Shown in pieces: positions 1-8,868 of a DNA stretch of 64,000 bases; position 1 is the stretch's first letter, and the number at the start of each line of letters is the position of its first letter. This DNA is from Acidimicrobiia bacterium UBA2766 (GTDB lineage Bacteria > Actinomycetota > Acidimicrobiia > UBA2766): assembly GCA_002352645.1 (NCBI GenBank), contig DEIU01000039.1, forward strand, positions 67,656-131,655. The letters are read 5' to 3'. The position numbers and the translations under genes are program-made. The notes beneath the pieces are model-generated. The model was not told the origin of the DNA. It worked only from the letters and a program-made list of their open reading frames with translations, and searched no databases.

Positions 1-438
1 GGGAACTTTTCTTCTTTCTCTCTTTGCCCAGTTCTTGCCCAGTTTTTATCCACCTTCGTTCTGGTTGTTTGCTGAGAGGAGAGTGCCTCTTGTTTTTTTG
101 ACTCGTTATGCATCTGACGTGGAATTCCGAGCGTGATACGCTTCGCCCGTAAATTTGGCTGGGCTTCCATACCTAATCACACGGGCAGAATGCTTGCGCG
201 CTGCCATTTCTGTATGGAAACGTAGCCCTGATTGGCGTCGCTGCTGTCACGATCGCCTGTTATGCAGGCAGTTATATTTTCTCTTTTTCTTCTGGTTTTC
301 TCTTTGGGGAGACGTCACGGAAGATCGCAGAAGCAGAAGAAGGTAGAGACGGTGTTCGTTCTCGGAGCGCTCCTCTGATTGAGAGCGGTATGCGAAGGCG
401 ACAACCCCACACACAGACGGTGACTCGAGGAGAAAGCT

Positions 439-2307
439 ATGTCCGAACGCTTGACCGGAGCGCAGATACTTATTAAATCCCTCGAAATGGTGGACGTTGA
501 CGTAGTGTTCGGGCTTCCTGGTGGGGCTATTCTGCCGGTATACGATCCTTTGCTGGAAAGTCCTATTCGGCATGTGCTTGTGCGACATGAACAGGGCGCC
601 GGACATATGGCACAAGGTTACTACTGGACTTCAGGGAAGCCTGGGGTGGTGGTAGTGACAAGTGGCCCTGGTGCGACGAATGTCATTACTCCAGTTGCTG
701 ACGCGTACATGGATTCAGTGCCGATGGTCGTGATCTGTGGGCAAGTGGCGACAGCAGCGATGGGCACAGATGCTTTTCAAGAAGCTCCCACTTTCAACCT
801 GGCAATGTCCATCACCAAACACAATTATGTGATCTCTGATGCTTGCGAGATTCCCCAAATTGTGGCCGAAGCCTTTCATCTTGCCACGACGGGACGTCCT
901 GGGCCTGTCTGGATTGACCTGCCCAAAGATGTGTCGGGAATGGAGGCCGAGTGGTGGTGGCCGTCTGATCCGACGGCGTGTCTCCCCGGCTACAAGCCGA
1001 GAATAAAGCCGCATCCACGTCAGGTGAAGCGGGCAGTGGAACTGCTGAATACCTCGCAACGTCCCATTATTTATGCGGGAGGTGGCGTCCTCAAGGCGCG
1101 GGGTGCGCAAGCTCTGCAAGAGTTTGCCGAACTGACCGGCATTCATGTGGTCACTACCTTGATGGCGCGCGGGGTGCTGTCAGATGACCATGAACTCTGT
1201 CTTGGTATGCCAGGCATGCACGGGAACTATACCGCGGTCACCTCGATGCAAAAATCCGATCTTCTGATCACCCTCGGCGCGCGTTTTGACGACCGCGTCA
1301 CGGGAAAAGTGTCGGCTTTTGCTCCTGACGCCAAGATCATCCACATTGATATAGATCCGGCTGAGCTTTCGAAAGTACGTTATGCGGACGTGCCGATTGT
1401 GGCAGATGCAAATCGTGCGATAGAAGCTCTCATCGTGGAATATCAGAAGCAAGAACGGCGACGCCAAGAACGAGGGGACGCTCCTGTTGACCGGGCAGCA
1501 TGGGTGGAGCAAATCAACACCTGGCGCTCTCGTTATCCCATGAAGTATGTGGAGAGCGATGAAGTGCTCAAGCCCCAGTTTGTGCTGGAGCGTCTTGGGC
1601 AGCACGCTCCTGATGCCGTGCTTGTCTCGGGAGTGGGCCAGCACCAAATGTTTGCTTCCCAACATTGGAAGTTCTCTGCTCCATATCGCTGGATCAACTC
1701 CGGTGGCATGGGAACAATGGGTTTTGCCGTTCCTGCGGCAATTGGTGCCAAGGTCGGATCTCCGGAGCAGACAGTTTGGGTCATTGACGGTGACGGCTGC
1801 TTCCAGATGACTTTCCAGGAGCTCATTACGGCTGCAGTGGAAGGCATTCACGTCAAGGTTGCCATTCTCAACAACGGCTACCTTGGACTGGTGCGACAGT
1901 GGCAAGATCTCTTTTATGACGAGCGCCACTCTGAGGTGCATCTGGGCGGGGCAATTCCGGATTATGTTGGTCTGGCCGAAGCAATGGGGTGCGCGGGCTT
2001 CCGTGTGGACGCACCCGAAGAAGTGGACACAGTCATCGCCAAGGCCATGTCGATTCATGACCGGTCTGTGGTGATCGACTTTCGTGTTGACCCGACCGAG
2101 CATGTGTTCCCAATGGTCCCTGCCGGTGCGTCGAATGACGACATCATTGTCGGTCCGGCCTATGGACAGACCGAAGAAGAAGAGCGGGTGATCCTTTCCA
2201 AAGGGAAGTTTGGAGCAGCTCCGATGGCACAAGGTGGCCAAGAGGATACTGTCCTTCCCCCAGAGCGTTCCGGGGTGCATTTCGAGATGGACAAGAAGGA
2301 GGACTGA
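439..2307 (+). CDS. ilvB: acetolactate synthase (acetohydroxy-acid synthase) large subunit
   Basis: 622-aa ORF with ThDP-enzyme motifs (GLPGGAILPVYD, VRHEQGAGHMAQGY, SGPGATNV, GGMGTMGFAVPAAIGAKV). GAGGAG RBS lies 6 nt upstream of the ATG. Directly followed by the small subunit. Confidence 0.95.
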   Translation: MSERLTGAQILIKSLEMVDVDVVFGLPGGAILPVYDPLLESPIRHVLVRHEQGAGHMAQGYYWTSGKPGVVVVTSGPGATNVITPVADAYMDSVPMVVICGQVATAAMGTDAFQEAPTFNLAMSITKHNYVISDACEIPQIVAEAFHLATTGRPGPVWIDLPKDVSGMEAEWWWPSDPTACLPGYKPRIKPHPRQVKRAVELLNTSQRPIIYAGGGVLKARGAQALQEFAELTGIHVVTTLMARGVLSDDHELCLGMPGMHGNYTAVTSMQKSDLLITLGARFDDRVTGKVSAFAPDAKIIHIDIDPAELSKVRYADVPIVADANRAIEALIVEYQKQERRRQERGDAPVDRAAWVEQINTWRSRYPMKYVESDEVLKPQFVLERLGQHAPDAVLVSGVGQHQMFASQHWKFSAPYRWINSGGMGTMGFAVPAAIGAKVGSPEQTVWVIDGDGCFQMTFQELITAAVEGIHVKVAILNNGYLGLVRQWQDLFYDERHSEVHLGGAIPDYVGLAEAMGCAGFRVDAPEEVDTVIAKAMSIHDRSVVIDFRVDPTEHVFPMVPAGASNDDIIVGPAYGQTEEEERVILSKGKFGAAPMAQGGQEDTVLPPERSGVHFEMDKKED

Positions 2308-2309
2308 GG

Positions 2310-2819
2310 ATGGCCCAGTCCAGTTCCCTAAAAACTCTCTCTGTTCTTGTGGAGAATCAGCCTGGGGTACTTGCCAGGATCGCTGGTCTTATTGCCCGGC
2401 GCAATTACAATATCGAGTCTTTGGCAGTGGGGCCGACCGAAGAGCCGCACTTTTCCCGTATGACGCTTGTTGTTGACCAAGACCAAACGCATATTGAACA
2501 GATCATTAAACAGCTTTACAAGCTGGTAAACGTCCTGAAAATCACGGAATTTGATCCGGCAGAGGCAGTTGAGCGAGAGCTCATGCTCATTAAAGTGAGC
2601 GTGCTGCCTGAGCGCCGCTATGAGGTTCTCCAACTTGGTGAGATTTATGGGGCGAAGATTGCTGATGTTGGGGCGTGTGGGGTGACTTTGGAGATCTCGG
2701 GGACGCCGGAGAAACTCGACGACCTGCTGGCCTTGTGTGAGCCCTATGGAGTGCTGGAAGTAGCCCGTACTGGTCGTGTTGGCCTGGAGCGAAATGAAAA
2801 GCGTGCTTCCTTGATATAG
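2310..2819 (+). CDS. ilvN: acetolactate synthase small (regulatory) subunit, ACT domain
   Basis: 169 aa; N-terminal ACT signature LSVLVENQPGVLARIAGLIARRNYNIESLAVGPTE. The start codon overlaps the ilvB stop and is preceded by an AAGGAGGA RBS. Confidence 0.93.
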   Translation: MAQSSSLKTLSVLVENQPGVLARIAGLIARRNYNIESLAVGPTEEPHFSRMTLVVDQDQTHIEQIIKQLYKLVNVLKITEFDPAEAVERELMLIKVSVLPERRYEVLQLGEIYGAKIADVGACGVTLEISGTPEKLDDLLALCEPYGVLEVARTGRVGLERNEKRASLI

Positions 2820-2866
2820 CTTGCGGTGCCTTGCGGTGCTTTGCGCTTGCGGTGCCTTGCGGTGGG
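2820..2866. repeat. tandem 10-bp repeat (CTTGCGGTGC, about 4.5 copies) immediately after the ilvN stop
   Basis: Read directly from the sequence: cttgcggtgc cttgcggtgc tttgcg cttgcggtgc cttgcggtgg. Confidence 0.6.
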
Positions 2867-3489
2867 AAGTTCGTGCCAGGGTACGAAACTGCCCGGCAGC
2901 CAAGGCCAGTCTGGCTTGTCCGCATGCTTGCAAGAGCAAAACGGGATCGTGCGACGAGCGGTCACTGCACGGATAGCTCTCGGGTAGCGAGCAGAATGTG
3001 AGAAAAGTGAGGCCTGGCATGGGCACAGTCTGCGGAGATGGTGTCCGGGAACTGTGCCCGGGGGGCCTTGCCTGATGATTTCACTGGACGCACAGGTGTT
3101 GCCTGCTGGACCATATTTTCACCTGGGGAGCTTCTCCGGGGAGCTTTCGGGTCAGCCGGCTGCCTTGCAAAAGGCCCCTGGTGCAGTGCTGTTGCAGTCA
3201 CTGGGCTGAAAAGTTGAGCGGTTCGCTTTTTTTCCGATGAGTCCAGCGCACAATTTTCAGCTTTGTGACGATGCTTCGGGCTGTCTTTTCTGCTTGGCAG
3301 CGCGCGGCCGATGCCAGGGTTTTTTGTACCAGGATTGAGGGTGCGGGGCAGGCCGGACTCTTGGTGTTTGTTCCGCAAGAGAGTGTGCTTGCGAGATTTT
3401 CTTTGTGTTTTCTTGTCTTTTGTTTGGCTTGTTGTGGATTGTCTGGTGAGGGATTTTGCGGTGTTTTCCCGGACATTTTTTGCAGGATT

Positions 3490-3524
3490 TCAGGATGACG
3501 CTCTCACCTGACGCTTTTATTTCG
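3490..3524 (+). terminator. weak intrinsic-terminator-like hairpin (tcagg...cctga) followed by a T-rich tract, just upstream of the HxlR gene
   Basis: 5-bp stem with a 12-nt loop, then cgcttttatttcg. Energetics not computed. Confidence 0.3.
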
Positions 3525-3568
3525 TAAGTCGCATGGAATTTTTTTCTTGTCCAGCCACACTTGGAAAG

Positions 3569-3913
3569 ATGATGCAAACAGAAGTGAAAATCGTGGAAAC
3601 AGCAGTGGGTGATTATTGTTTTCAGCGAGCAGTTGAGCTGATCGGGCGCCGGTGGACAGGTGCCATTCTGGTTGCACTGCTCGAAGGTGTAGATCGTTAC
3701 TCACAGATTCGAAGCGCGGTGCCGGGACTCTCTGACCGCATGCTCTGTGTGCGCTTGCGTGAACTTGAGAACGAAGATATTGTGCGGCGCCGTGTTCTGC
3801 AGGAAGTGCCTGTTCTTGTGCACTATGAACTCACGCCAAAGGGCCGGGGTCTCGGCACTGTGATAGATGCAGTGCAGAACTGGGCGCGGGATTGGGGGGA
3901 ACCATCAGCCTGA
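3569..3913 (+). CDS. HxlR-family (MarR-like winged-helix) transcriptional regulator
   Basis: Motif CFQRAVELIGRRWTGAILVALLEGVDRYSQIRSAVPGLSDRMLCVRLRELENEDIV is typical of HxlR-type regulators. Start chosen at the MMQTEV ATG; the track ORF begins at 3533. Confidence 0.8.
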   Translation: MMQTEVKIVETAVGDYCFQRAVELIGRRWTGAILVALLEGVDRYSQIRSAVPGLSDRMLCVRLRELENEDIVRRRVLQEVPVLVHYELTPKGRGLGTVIDAVQNWARDWGEPSA

Positions 3914-4115
3914 TATCTCGGGTTTTGCGGGGGTTTTCTCGCTCTTGTATTGCAAGATTTTAGGTATTCCTGTGACTGTCACAAACCCTCTGAGGTCCGC
4001 TTGTGGTGGTGTATGTGCAGAGCAGCTTGTAGAAAAGATGGCAGGGAGCAAAGAGCTGACGCGTGCTACAGCTTTTTTGCATGTGGAGCGGAGATCATCT
4101 CCGCTCCACACTTTT

Positions 4116-4373
4116 TCACTTGTTGAAATGATTTTTAATGGTATTTGTGATGTTGTCGATCATGGTATCCCACACTGCGTTTTCATTTTTTGTGACGGAG
4201 ATGAAGTCGGAGGCGATGAAGACTTGCACGACATTGCCGTTCTCGAAGATCGAGGAGATCCAGGGCAATTCAGTGCTGTCGTCCGGTTTAAAGGTGGCGG
4301 GACCGCCGACCGGAGTCCCCACGGTGAATTTCATGGCATTGGGGTTCGGGGTAGGTTCGACGCTGATCGGCAT
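4116..4373 (-). CDS. standalone Nfu_N (NifU/Nfu N-terminal scaffold) domain protein, 85 aa
   Basis: PTPNPNAMKFTVG...ISSIFENGNVVQVFIASDFISVTKNENAVWD matches the Nfu_N pattern (TPNP..KF....G, FI.VTK). A second paralog lies at 58614-58949. Confidence 0.75.
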   Translation of the reverse strand: MPISVEPTPNPNAMKFTVGTPVGGPATFKPDDSTELPWISSIFENGNVVQVFIASDFISVTKNENAVWDTMIDNITNTIKNHFNK

Positions 4374-4518
4374 GGGCTACTTCTCTCTTTGGAAAGTCAT
4401 GTGGCGCTAGAAGATGATCTAGAAGGGGATCAGACGAACCCTGGAGTCTCACTCCTGGAGCAACCCCCTGAAGATGCTCTGGAAGGGGGTCAGAGACAAC
4501 CCGGAGGGCATATTCCAG

Positions 4519-4562
4519 AAGACGACCTGGAAGACGACCTTGGAGACGACCTGGAAGATGAT
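4519..4562. repeat. tandem 12-bp repeat (GACGACCTGGAA, about 3.5 copies) in an intergenic region
   Basis: gaagacgacctggaagacgaccttggagacgacctggaagatgat. If translated it would give DDLE repeats. No convincing ORF on either strand. Confidence 0.5.
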
Positions 4563-4614
4563 CCAGCGGCGACAAGGACGCTTAATTCTTGCAGGTGTTG
4601 TTCGCGTTCTGTGG

Positions 4615-5103
4615 TTAGCAAGTGGTTTCGGTAGTGACTGGCTGGGCTTCTGTTTCGAATTCCAGCACGTAGGTCATGGAACTGTTGGCGGGGATGTTCG
4701 GGACAACGACATTTTTGCTTGTCACAATGGCTTGGGACGCGTTCAGAACGGTAATCCGGCAGTGTGCCGAAACCATGCGGTTGCCGCGGTTTGATATCAG
4801 GAGCTCGGCTTGCCAGAGATTTTCCTGTGATCGTGTGATCGGAGCACTCTGTATTCCTGCGACAGATTTTTCGTCGCTGTTTCCTTTCAAAAAGACAGAG
4901 GCGAAAAATCCCGCCAAAAGAAAAGTAAGCCCGAGTACGACAACAAGAGAGCCATGAAATTGTTCTGATGCTGCTTTCCTCAGCCCAAGTGGATTCGCTG
5001 GGTCTACAGCAGAGGAATCTTTTGGGGAAGTGTCGCTTCCGTAAGAGCGCACAGCGCTTGAAGAGGATGAAGAAATGCTCATAGTCCTCAGTGTGACAGA
5101 CAA
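4615..5103 (-). CDS. hypothetical membrane-anchored protein (Ser-rich N-terminus, single TM helix, beta-rich C-terminal domain)
   Basis: 162-aa ORF with TM segment LVVVLGLTFLLAGFFASVFL. No recognisable catalytic motif. Upstream of and co-oriented with the Nfu_N gene. Confidence 0.5.
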   Translation of the reverse strand: MSVTLRTMSISSSSSSAVRSYGSDTSPKDSSAVDPANPLGLRKAASEQFHGSLVVVLGLTFLLAGFFASVFLKGNSDEKSVAGIQSAPITRSQENLWQAELLISNRGNRMVSAHCRITVLNASQAIVTSKNVVVPNIPANSSMTYVLEFETEAQPVTTETTC

Positions 5104-5622
5104 GAGAATGTGAAAGCGAGGATAACCAAATCGCGGGTAGATTTTAGCTGCTTCTTGCAGGTGTTTGTCGGGGTTTTTCTGGGGGAGCTTGGGGCAGCTT
5201 GGAAAGATCTCGCCGGCAATTTTCCTGCAAAGCAGCCTTTGGAAGAGACAAAGAGAGAAAAAGCATGCAGAGTCATGCAGGGTATGGGCTGTCCGGTTTC
5301 CGGAGTGTGGCTGGTCTCAGGCGGGAAAACTGTCTTTTGCGTACAATGCAGAAAGCACAACATAAAGGGGTTGGTTTTTCTCCGGTATCTGGGTGCTATG
5401 CCGGCAGGAGAATGTTCCCGTGGAAACGTGGAAAGGACTCTCAAGGGAAACGGTTTCGGTTTTTGAGAGTCCTGGTTTCTGGCTAAGGTGGAGAAAGAGG
5501 GAGGGGTCGCGAGAGACAATAGTGTTCCGCGGCGAGTGCGAGGGGTCTATGTAGCCCGAAGCGTTCCCGAAATACTTTTTTTAGTTGTTGGAGACTGGGG
5601 GTTGTCTGTGTCTTTTTCCACG

Positions 5623-7248
5623 ATGCAGGAGGCACCGCTTACCATTTTGTCGCTCTTTCGACATGGAGCGGCGGTGTATGGGGATAGTGAAATTGTCACT
5701 TTCCAGGGAGGAGGCGAGGAAAACCGTCGTGTTTCCTATCGTGATCTCGCGGATCGTGTGACGAAGCTGTCGAGTGCGTTGCATCGTCTTGGTGTGGGCA
5801 CAGGGGATCGTGTTGCTTCGTTTGCCTGGAACAATCAAGAGCATATGGAAGCCTATTTGGCAGTTCCGAGTATGGGCGCTGTCCTGCATACCCTCAATAT
5901 TCGTCTTTTTCCGGAACAGCTTGCCTATGTGATGCAGCATGCCGGCGACAAGGTGGTGATTGTCGACAGTTCTCTGCTGCCGATTCTGGCAAAAGCGGCT
6001 GATGGATTGGCAGGAGTAACGCACGTCATTGTTGTGGGTGATGGTGACGCCACAGAGCTTGGTGTGGATGTGCTGCGTTACGATGAACTTCTGGCGGCGG
6101 AAGAGCCGGAGTTTGCCTGGCCGGATCTTGCGGAAAATGCTCCTGCTTCGATGTGCTACACCAGCGGTACCACTGGCAATCCCAAAGGTGTGGTGTATTC
6201 GCACCGTTCTACTTGGCTGCATTCTTTGTCGGTGACTTCTGGCGCGTGTATGGGGTTGCACGAACACGACAGGATTCTGCCGATTGTTCCGATGTTCCAC
6301 GCGAATGCTTGGGGTCTTCCTTACGCGGGATGGATGGTGGGCGCTGATTTCATTTTGACGGACCGGCATCTGCAAGCGGCACCCTTGACGGATTTCATGC
6401 AAAAAGAAAAACCGACTGTCGCAGGAGCGGTGCCGACTATCTGGAATGACCTTCTGCATTTCACAGAGGGGAAAGATGTCGATTTTTCTTCTCTGCGCCT
6501 TGTGATCTGCGGAGGAAGTGCTGTCCCTGCTTCTCTTATGCGGGCTTTTGACGAGCGTTTTGCTGTGCCGATTGTGCAGGCTTGGGGTATGACGGAAACA
6601 AGTCCGCTTGCGGCTGTGGCCCGTGTACCCAAGGGTGTGCCCGATGACGAGGCAATGGCATGGAGGACAAAGGCCGGGCGTGTGTGCGCGGGAGTCGAGT
6701 TGCGCATCGTGAGTGATGCGGGTGAGGTACTTCCCTGGGATGGCGAGTCGGTTGGGGAGATCCAGGTGCGCGGGCCCTGGGTCACTGGTTCGTATTACCA
6801 GTCGGAGGAGGAGGATGGGGGCGCCGGAAAGTTTGATGGAGATTGGCTGCGCACCGGCGATGTGGGGTCAGTAGACTCCAAGGGCTTTATTCAGATTACG
6901 GATCGCGCGAAAGACGTTATCAAGTCTGGTGGAGAGTGGATCTCTTCCGTTGAGGTGGAAAATGCCCTTATGGCGCATGAGAATGTCTTGGAAGCGGTTG
7001 TTGTCGCGATTCCGGATGAACGCTGGGGTGAACGGCCTTTGGCGTGTATTGTCCCGAAGAGTGCTGCTGCGGTTTCCGCGGAAGATCTTCAAGGATTTCT
7101 CTCAGGAAAAGTGGCAAAATGGTGGGTTCCCGATAAATGGTCTTTTGTTCATCAAGTGCCAAAAACCAGCGTGGGGAAGTTCGATAAAAAAGTTTTGCGC
7201 TCTCAGCATGCAGAAGGAAAAATGACAGTAGTTGACTTGAGACCCTGA
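5623..7248 (+). CDS. AMP-dependent acyl-CoA synthetase / long-chain fatty acid-CoA ligase
   Basis: AMP-binding motifs YTSGTTGNPKGVVYSHRS and GWMVGADF. Start moved to the internal ATG (MQEAPLTIL), giving the typical length of about 540 aa. Confidence 0.9.
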   Translation: MQEAPLTILSLFRHGAAVYGDSEIVTFQGGGEENRRVSYRDLADRVTKLSSALHRLGVGTGDRVASFAWNNQEHMEAYLAVPSMGAVLHTLNIRLFPEQLAYVMQHAGDKVVIVDSSLLPILAKAADGLAGVTHVIVVGDGDATELGVDVLRYDELLAAEEPEFAWPDLAENAPASMCYTSGTTGNPKGVVYSHRSTWLHSLSVTSGACMGLHEHDRILPIVPMFHANAWGLPYAGWMVGADFILTDRHLQAAPLTDFMQKEKPTVAGAVPTIWNDLLHFTEGKDVDFSSLRLVICGGSAVPASLMRAFDERFAVPIVQAWGMTETSPLAAVARVPKGVPDDEAMAWRTKAGRVCAGVELRIVSDAGEVLPWDGESVGEIQVRGPWVTGSYYQSEEEDGGAGKFDGDWLRTGDVGSVDSKGFIQITDRAKDVIKSGGEWISSVEVENALMAHENVLEAVVVAIPDERWGERPLACIVPKSAAAVSAEDLQGFLSGKVAKWWVPDKWSFVHQVPKTSVGKFDKKVLRSQHAEGKMTVVDLRP

Positions 7249-7363
7249 TCTTGTTTGCTGTTATGGCAGTCTTGCTGTTATGAATTTTCGTTCTTTGGCG
7301 AGGAAAAGGCTAGCTGTGTAGTGCTGGTTTTGTTCGTTTGGGCTTGGGTCTGGACCTGAGGGC

Positions 7364-8026
7364 ATGGGCGAGCAAGCAGGATACTGGCTCGTCCCTTTGA
7401 GGAGCGTCTATTTGCGCAGAGTTGCCACTGCCGATGATCCGAATCGTCGACGTCAGATGATTTTTGACGCCGCGAAGGTCGTCTTTGCTGAAAAAGGGTT
7501 TTCTGACTTTACGATTGCTGATATCGCGCGTAAGTCTGGCTTGTCTTATGGATCGATTACTTGGCACTTTCCCTCGAAAGAGGCCCTTTTGCGTGACCTG
7601 TTGCAGAACGAACAAGAGCGTTTGCGGGTTGTGATCTTTTGTAGTCTGTTGCAGGTTGGATCCGCGAGTGGCGGAGCCAATATAGAAACATTATTGCGCG
7701 CAAGTGTGAGCGCATCACTGGAGTTTTTCGATGAAGACCCGGGAGTGATGGCTTCTCTCCTGCAAAGTCCCTTTTCTATGGAAATAGGGGCTTATTTTCG
7801 CCCTTTTTATGATGGTTTTCTTGATGATGTAGAAGCTCTGATTCGAACAGGACAAGAGCGCGGAGAACTACGGGATGTCTCATCTTGTTTTGCTGCTGTC
7901 ACACTCGTGAGCCTGATTTTGCAGACAGCTCGGTGGCGGCTTGTGGCCAGAGAAAGCTCTACTGTGACAGAAACCGCGGATGTGATTGTCTCTTTCACAC
8001 TTGATGGGTTGCGGTGCCGTTCCTGA
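7364..8026 (+). CDS. TetR/AcrR-family transcriptional regulator
   Basis: HTH region FAEKGFSDFTIADIARKSGLSYGSITWHFPSKEALL. The true start is probably downstream of the track start. A direct repeat TGCTGTTATG x2 at about 7256-7285 may be an operator. Confidence 0.8.
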   Translation: MGEQAGYWLVPLRSVYLRRVATADDPNRRRQMIFDAAKVVFAEKGFSDFTIADIARKSGLSYGSITWHFPSKEALLRDLLQNEQERLRVVIFCSLLQVGSASGGANIETLLRASVSASLEFFDEDPGVMASLLQSPFSMEIGAYFRPFYDGFLDDVEALIRTGQERGELRDVSSCFAAVTLVSLILQTARWRLVARESSTVTETADVIVSFTLDGLRCRS

Positions 8027-8071
8027 GGCTTCTTTCGTGTGACAGGCGAGTTCTCAGCGTAAAATTTTTCT

Positions 8072-8719
8072 ATGTTTGAATATGCATTTGGTCAATCTCT
8101 TCATGAGCGAGTTGTTGGGAATATGGCCGGTTTTTTGCCGCAAACGATCACCGCTCCGAGAGAATCTGCTTCTGCGGAGAACTTGCGCCGTGCTGCGGTT
8201 GCAGTGATTTTTCTGAGCGACGAAGCAGGCAGAGCCTGTTATGTGCTGACGCGCCGTGCCGCGAATTTGCGCCGTCATTCCGGTCAGCTGGCATTGCCAG
8301 GGGGCCGTGTGGATGAGGGGGAAACACCGACCGAGACTGCAATACGCGAAACCGAGGAAGAGATCGGTCTTATGCTGCACGAAGACCAGATTCTCGGCTG
8401 TCTTGACCACTATGCCACGAGGTCAGGGTTTGTGATGATGCCCGTGGTGTTTTGGGGGGGAGAGAACGCTGAACTGGCGGCGAATCCGGCAGAAGTCCAA
8501 GAGATCATGAAAATTCCTGTCTCAGAACTGGACCGAGAAGACGCACCCCGCCTTTTTCACATCCCGGAGAGCGATGCTCCTGTGATCCAAATGCCGATTT
8601 TCGAGGGTGTCGTGAACGCCCCTACTGCGGCAGTGCTGTATCAGCTACGTGAAGTTGCCTTGCATGGACGCCACACTCGTGTTGCCCACTTTGAACAGCC
8701 CGTTTGGGCATGGAAGTAA
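8072..8719 (+). CDS. NUDIX hydrolase, CoA pyrophosphatase-like
   Basis: Nudix box GGRVDEGETPTETAIRETEEEIGL. Placement next to an acyl-CoA ligase fits CoA metabolism. Confidence 0.8.
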   Translation: MFEYAFGQSLHERVVGNMAGFLPQTITAPRESASAENLRRAAVAVIFLSDEAGRACYVLTRRAANLRRHSGQLALPGGRVDEGETPTETAIRETEEEIGLMLHEDQILGCLDHYATRSGFVMMPVVFWGGENAELAANPAEVQEIMKIPVSELDREDAPRLFHIPESDAPVIQMPIFEGVVNAPTAAVLYQLREVALHGRHTRVAHFEQPVWAWK

Positions 8720-8868
8720 GGCCGAAAAGCCTGATACAACAGGAAGAAATATCTGTTCTCATGTTTCGGGTGGGGTAGAAAGCCGCGATGGTCGGTGAAA
8801 AAGCGGCGCGCACGGCGCGTGGAGGTGAAAGACCAGGCGAGCGCCTGTGCTGTGTGCTCCTTGTCAGG

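Noticed and set aside
1180-2280. Long antisense ORFs opposite well-supported genes. Examples: 1180-2280 opposite ilvB, 5581-6459 opposite the acyl-CoA ligase, 13219-13836 opposite the J-domain gene, 15945-17081 opposite serA, 19176-20744 opposite leuA, 27018-28055 opposite ilvE, 30300-31364, and 40690-42264 and 41342-42424 opposite the 800-aa ORF.
   Set aside because: High-GC genomes produce long stop-free antisense frames. These are Arg/Pro/Ser-rich and lack motifs, whereas the sense-strand products have clear family signatures.
3867-4634. 255-aa plus-strand ORF and 95-aa minus-strand ORF across the 12-bp tandem-repeat region.
   Set aside because: Both are low-complexity translations of the GACGACCTGGAA repeat and overlap the well-supported Nfu_N gene. 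No RBS or domain support.
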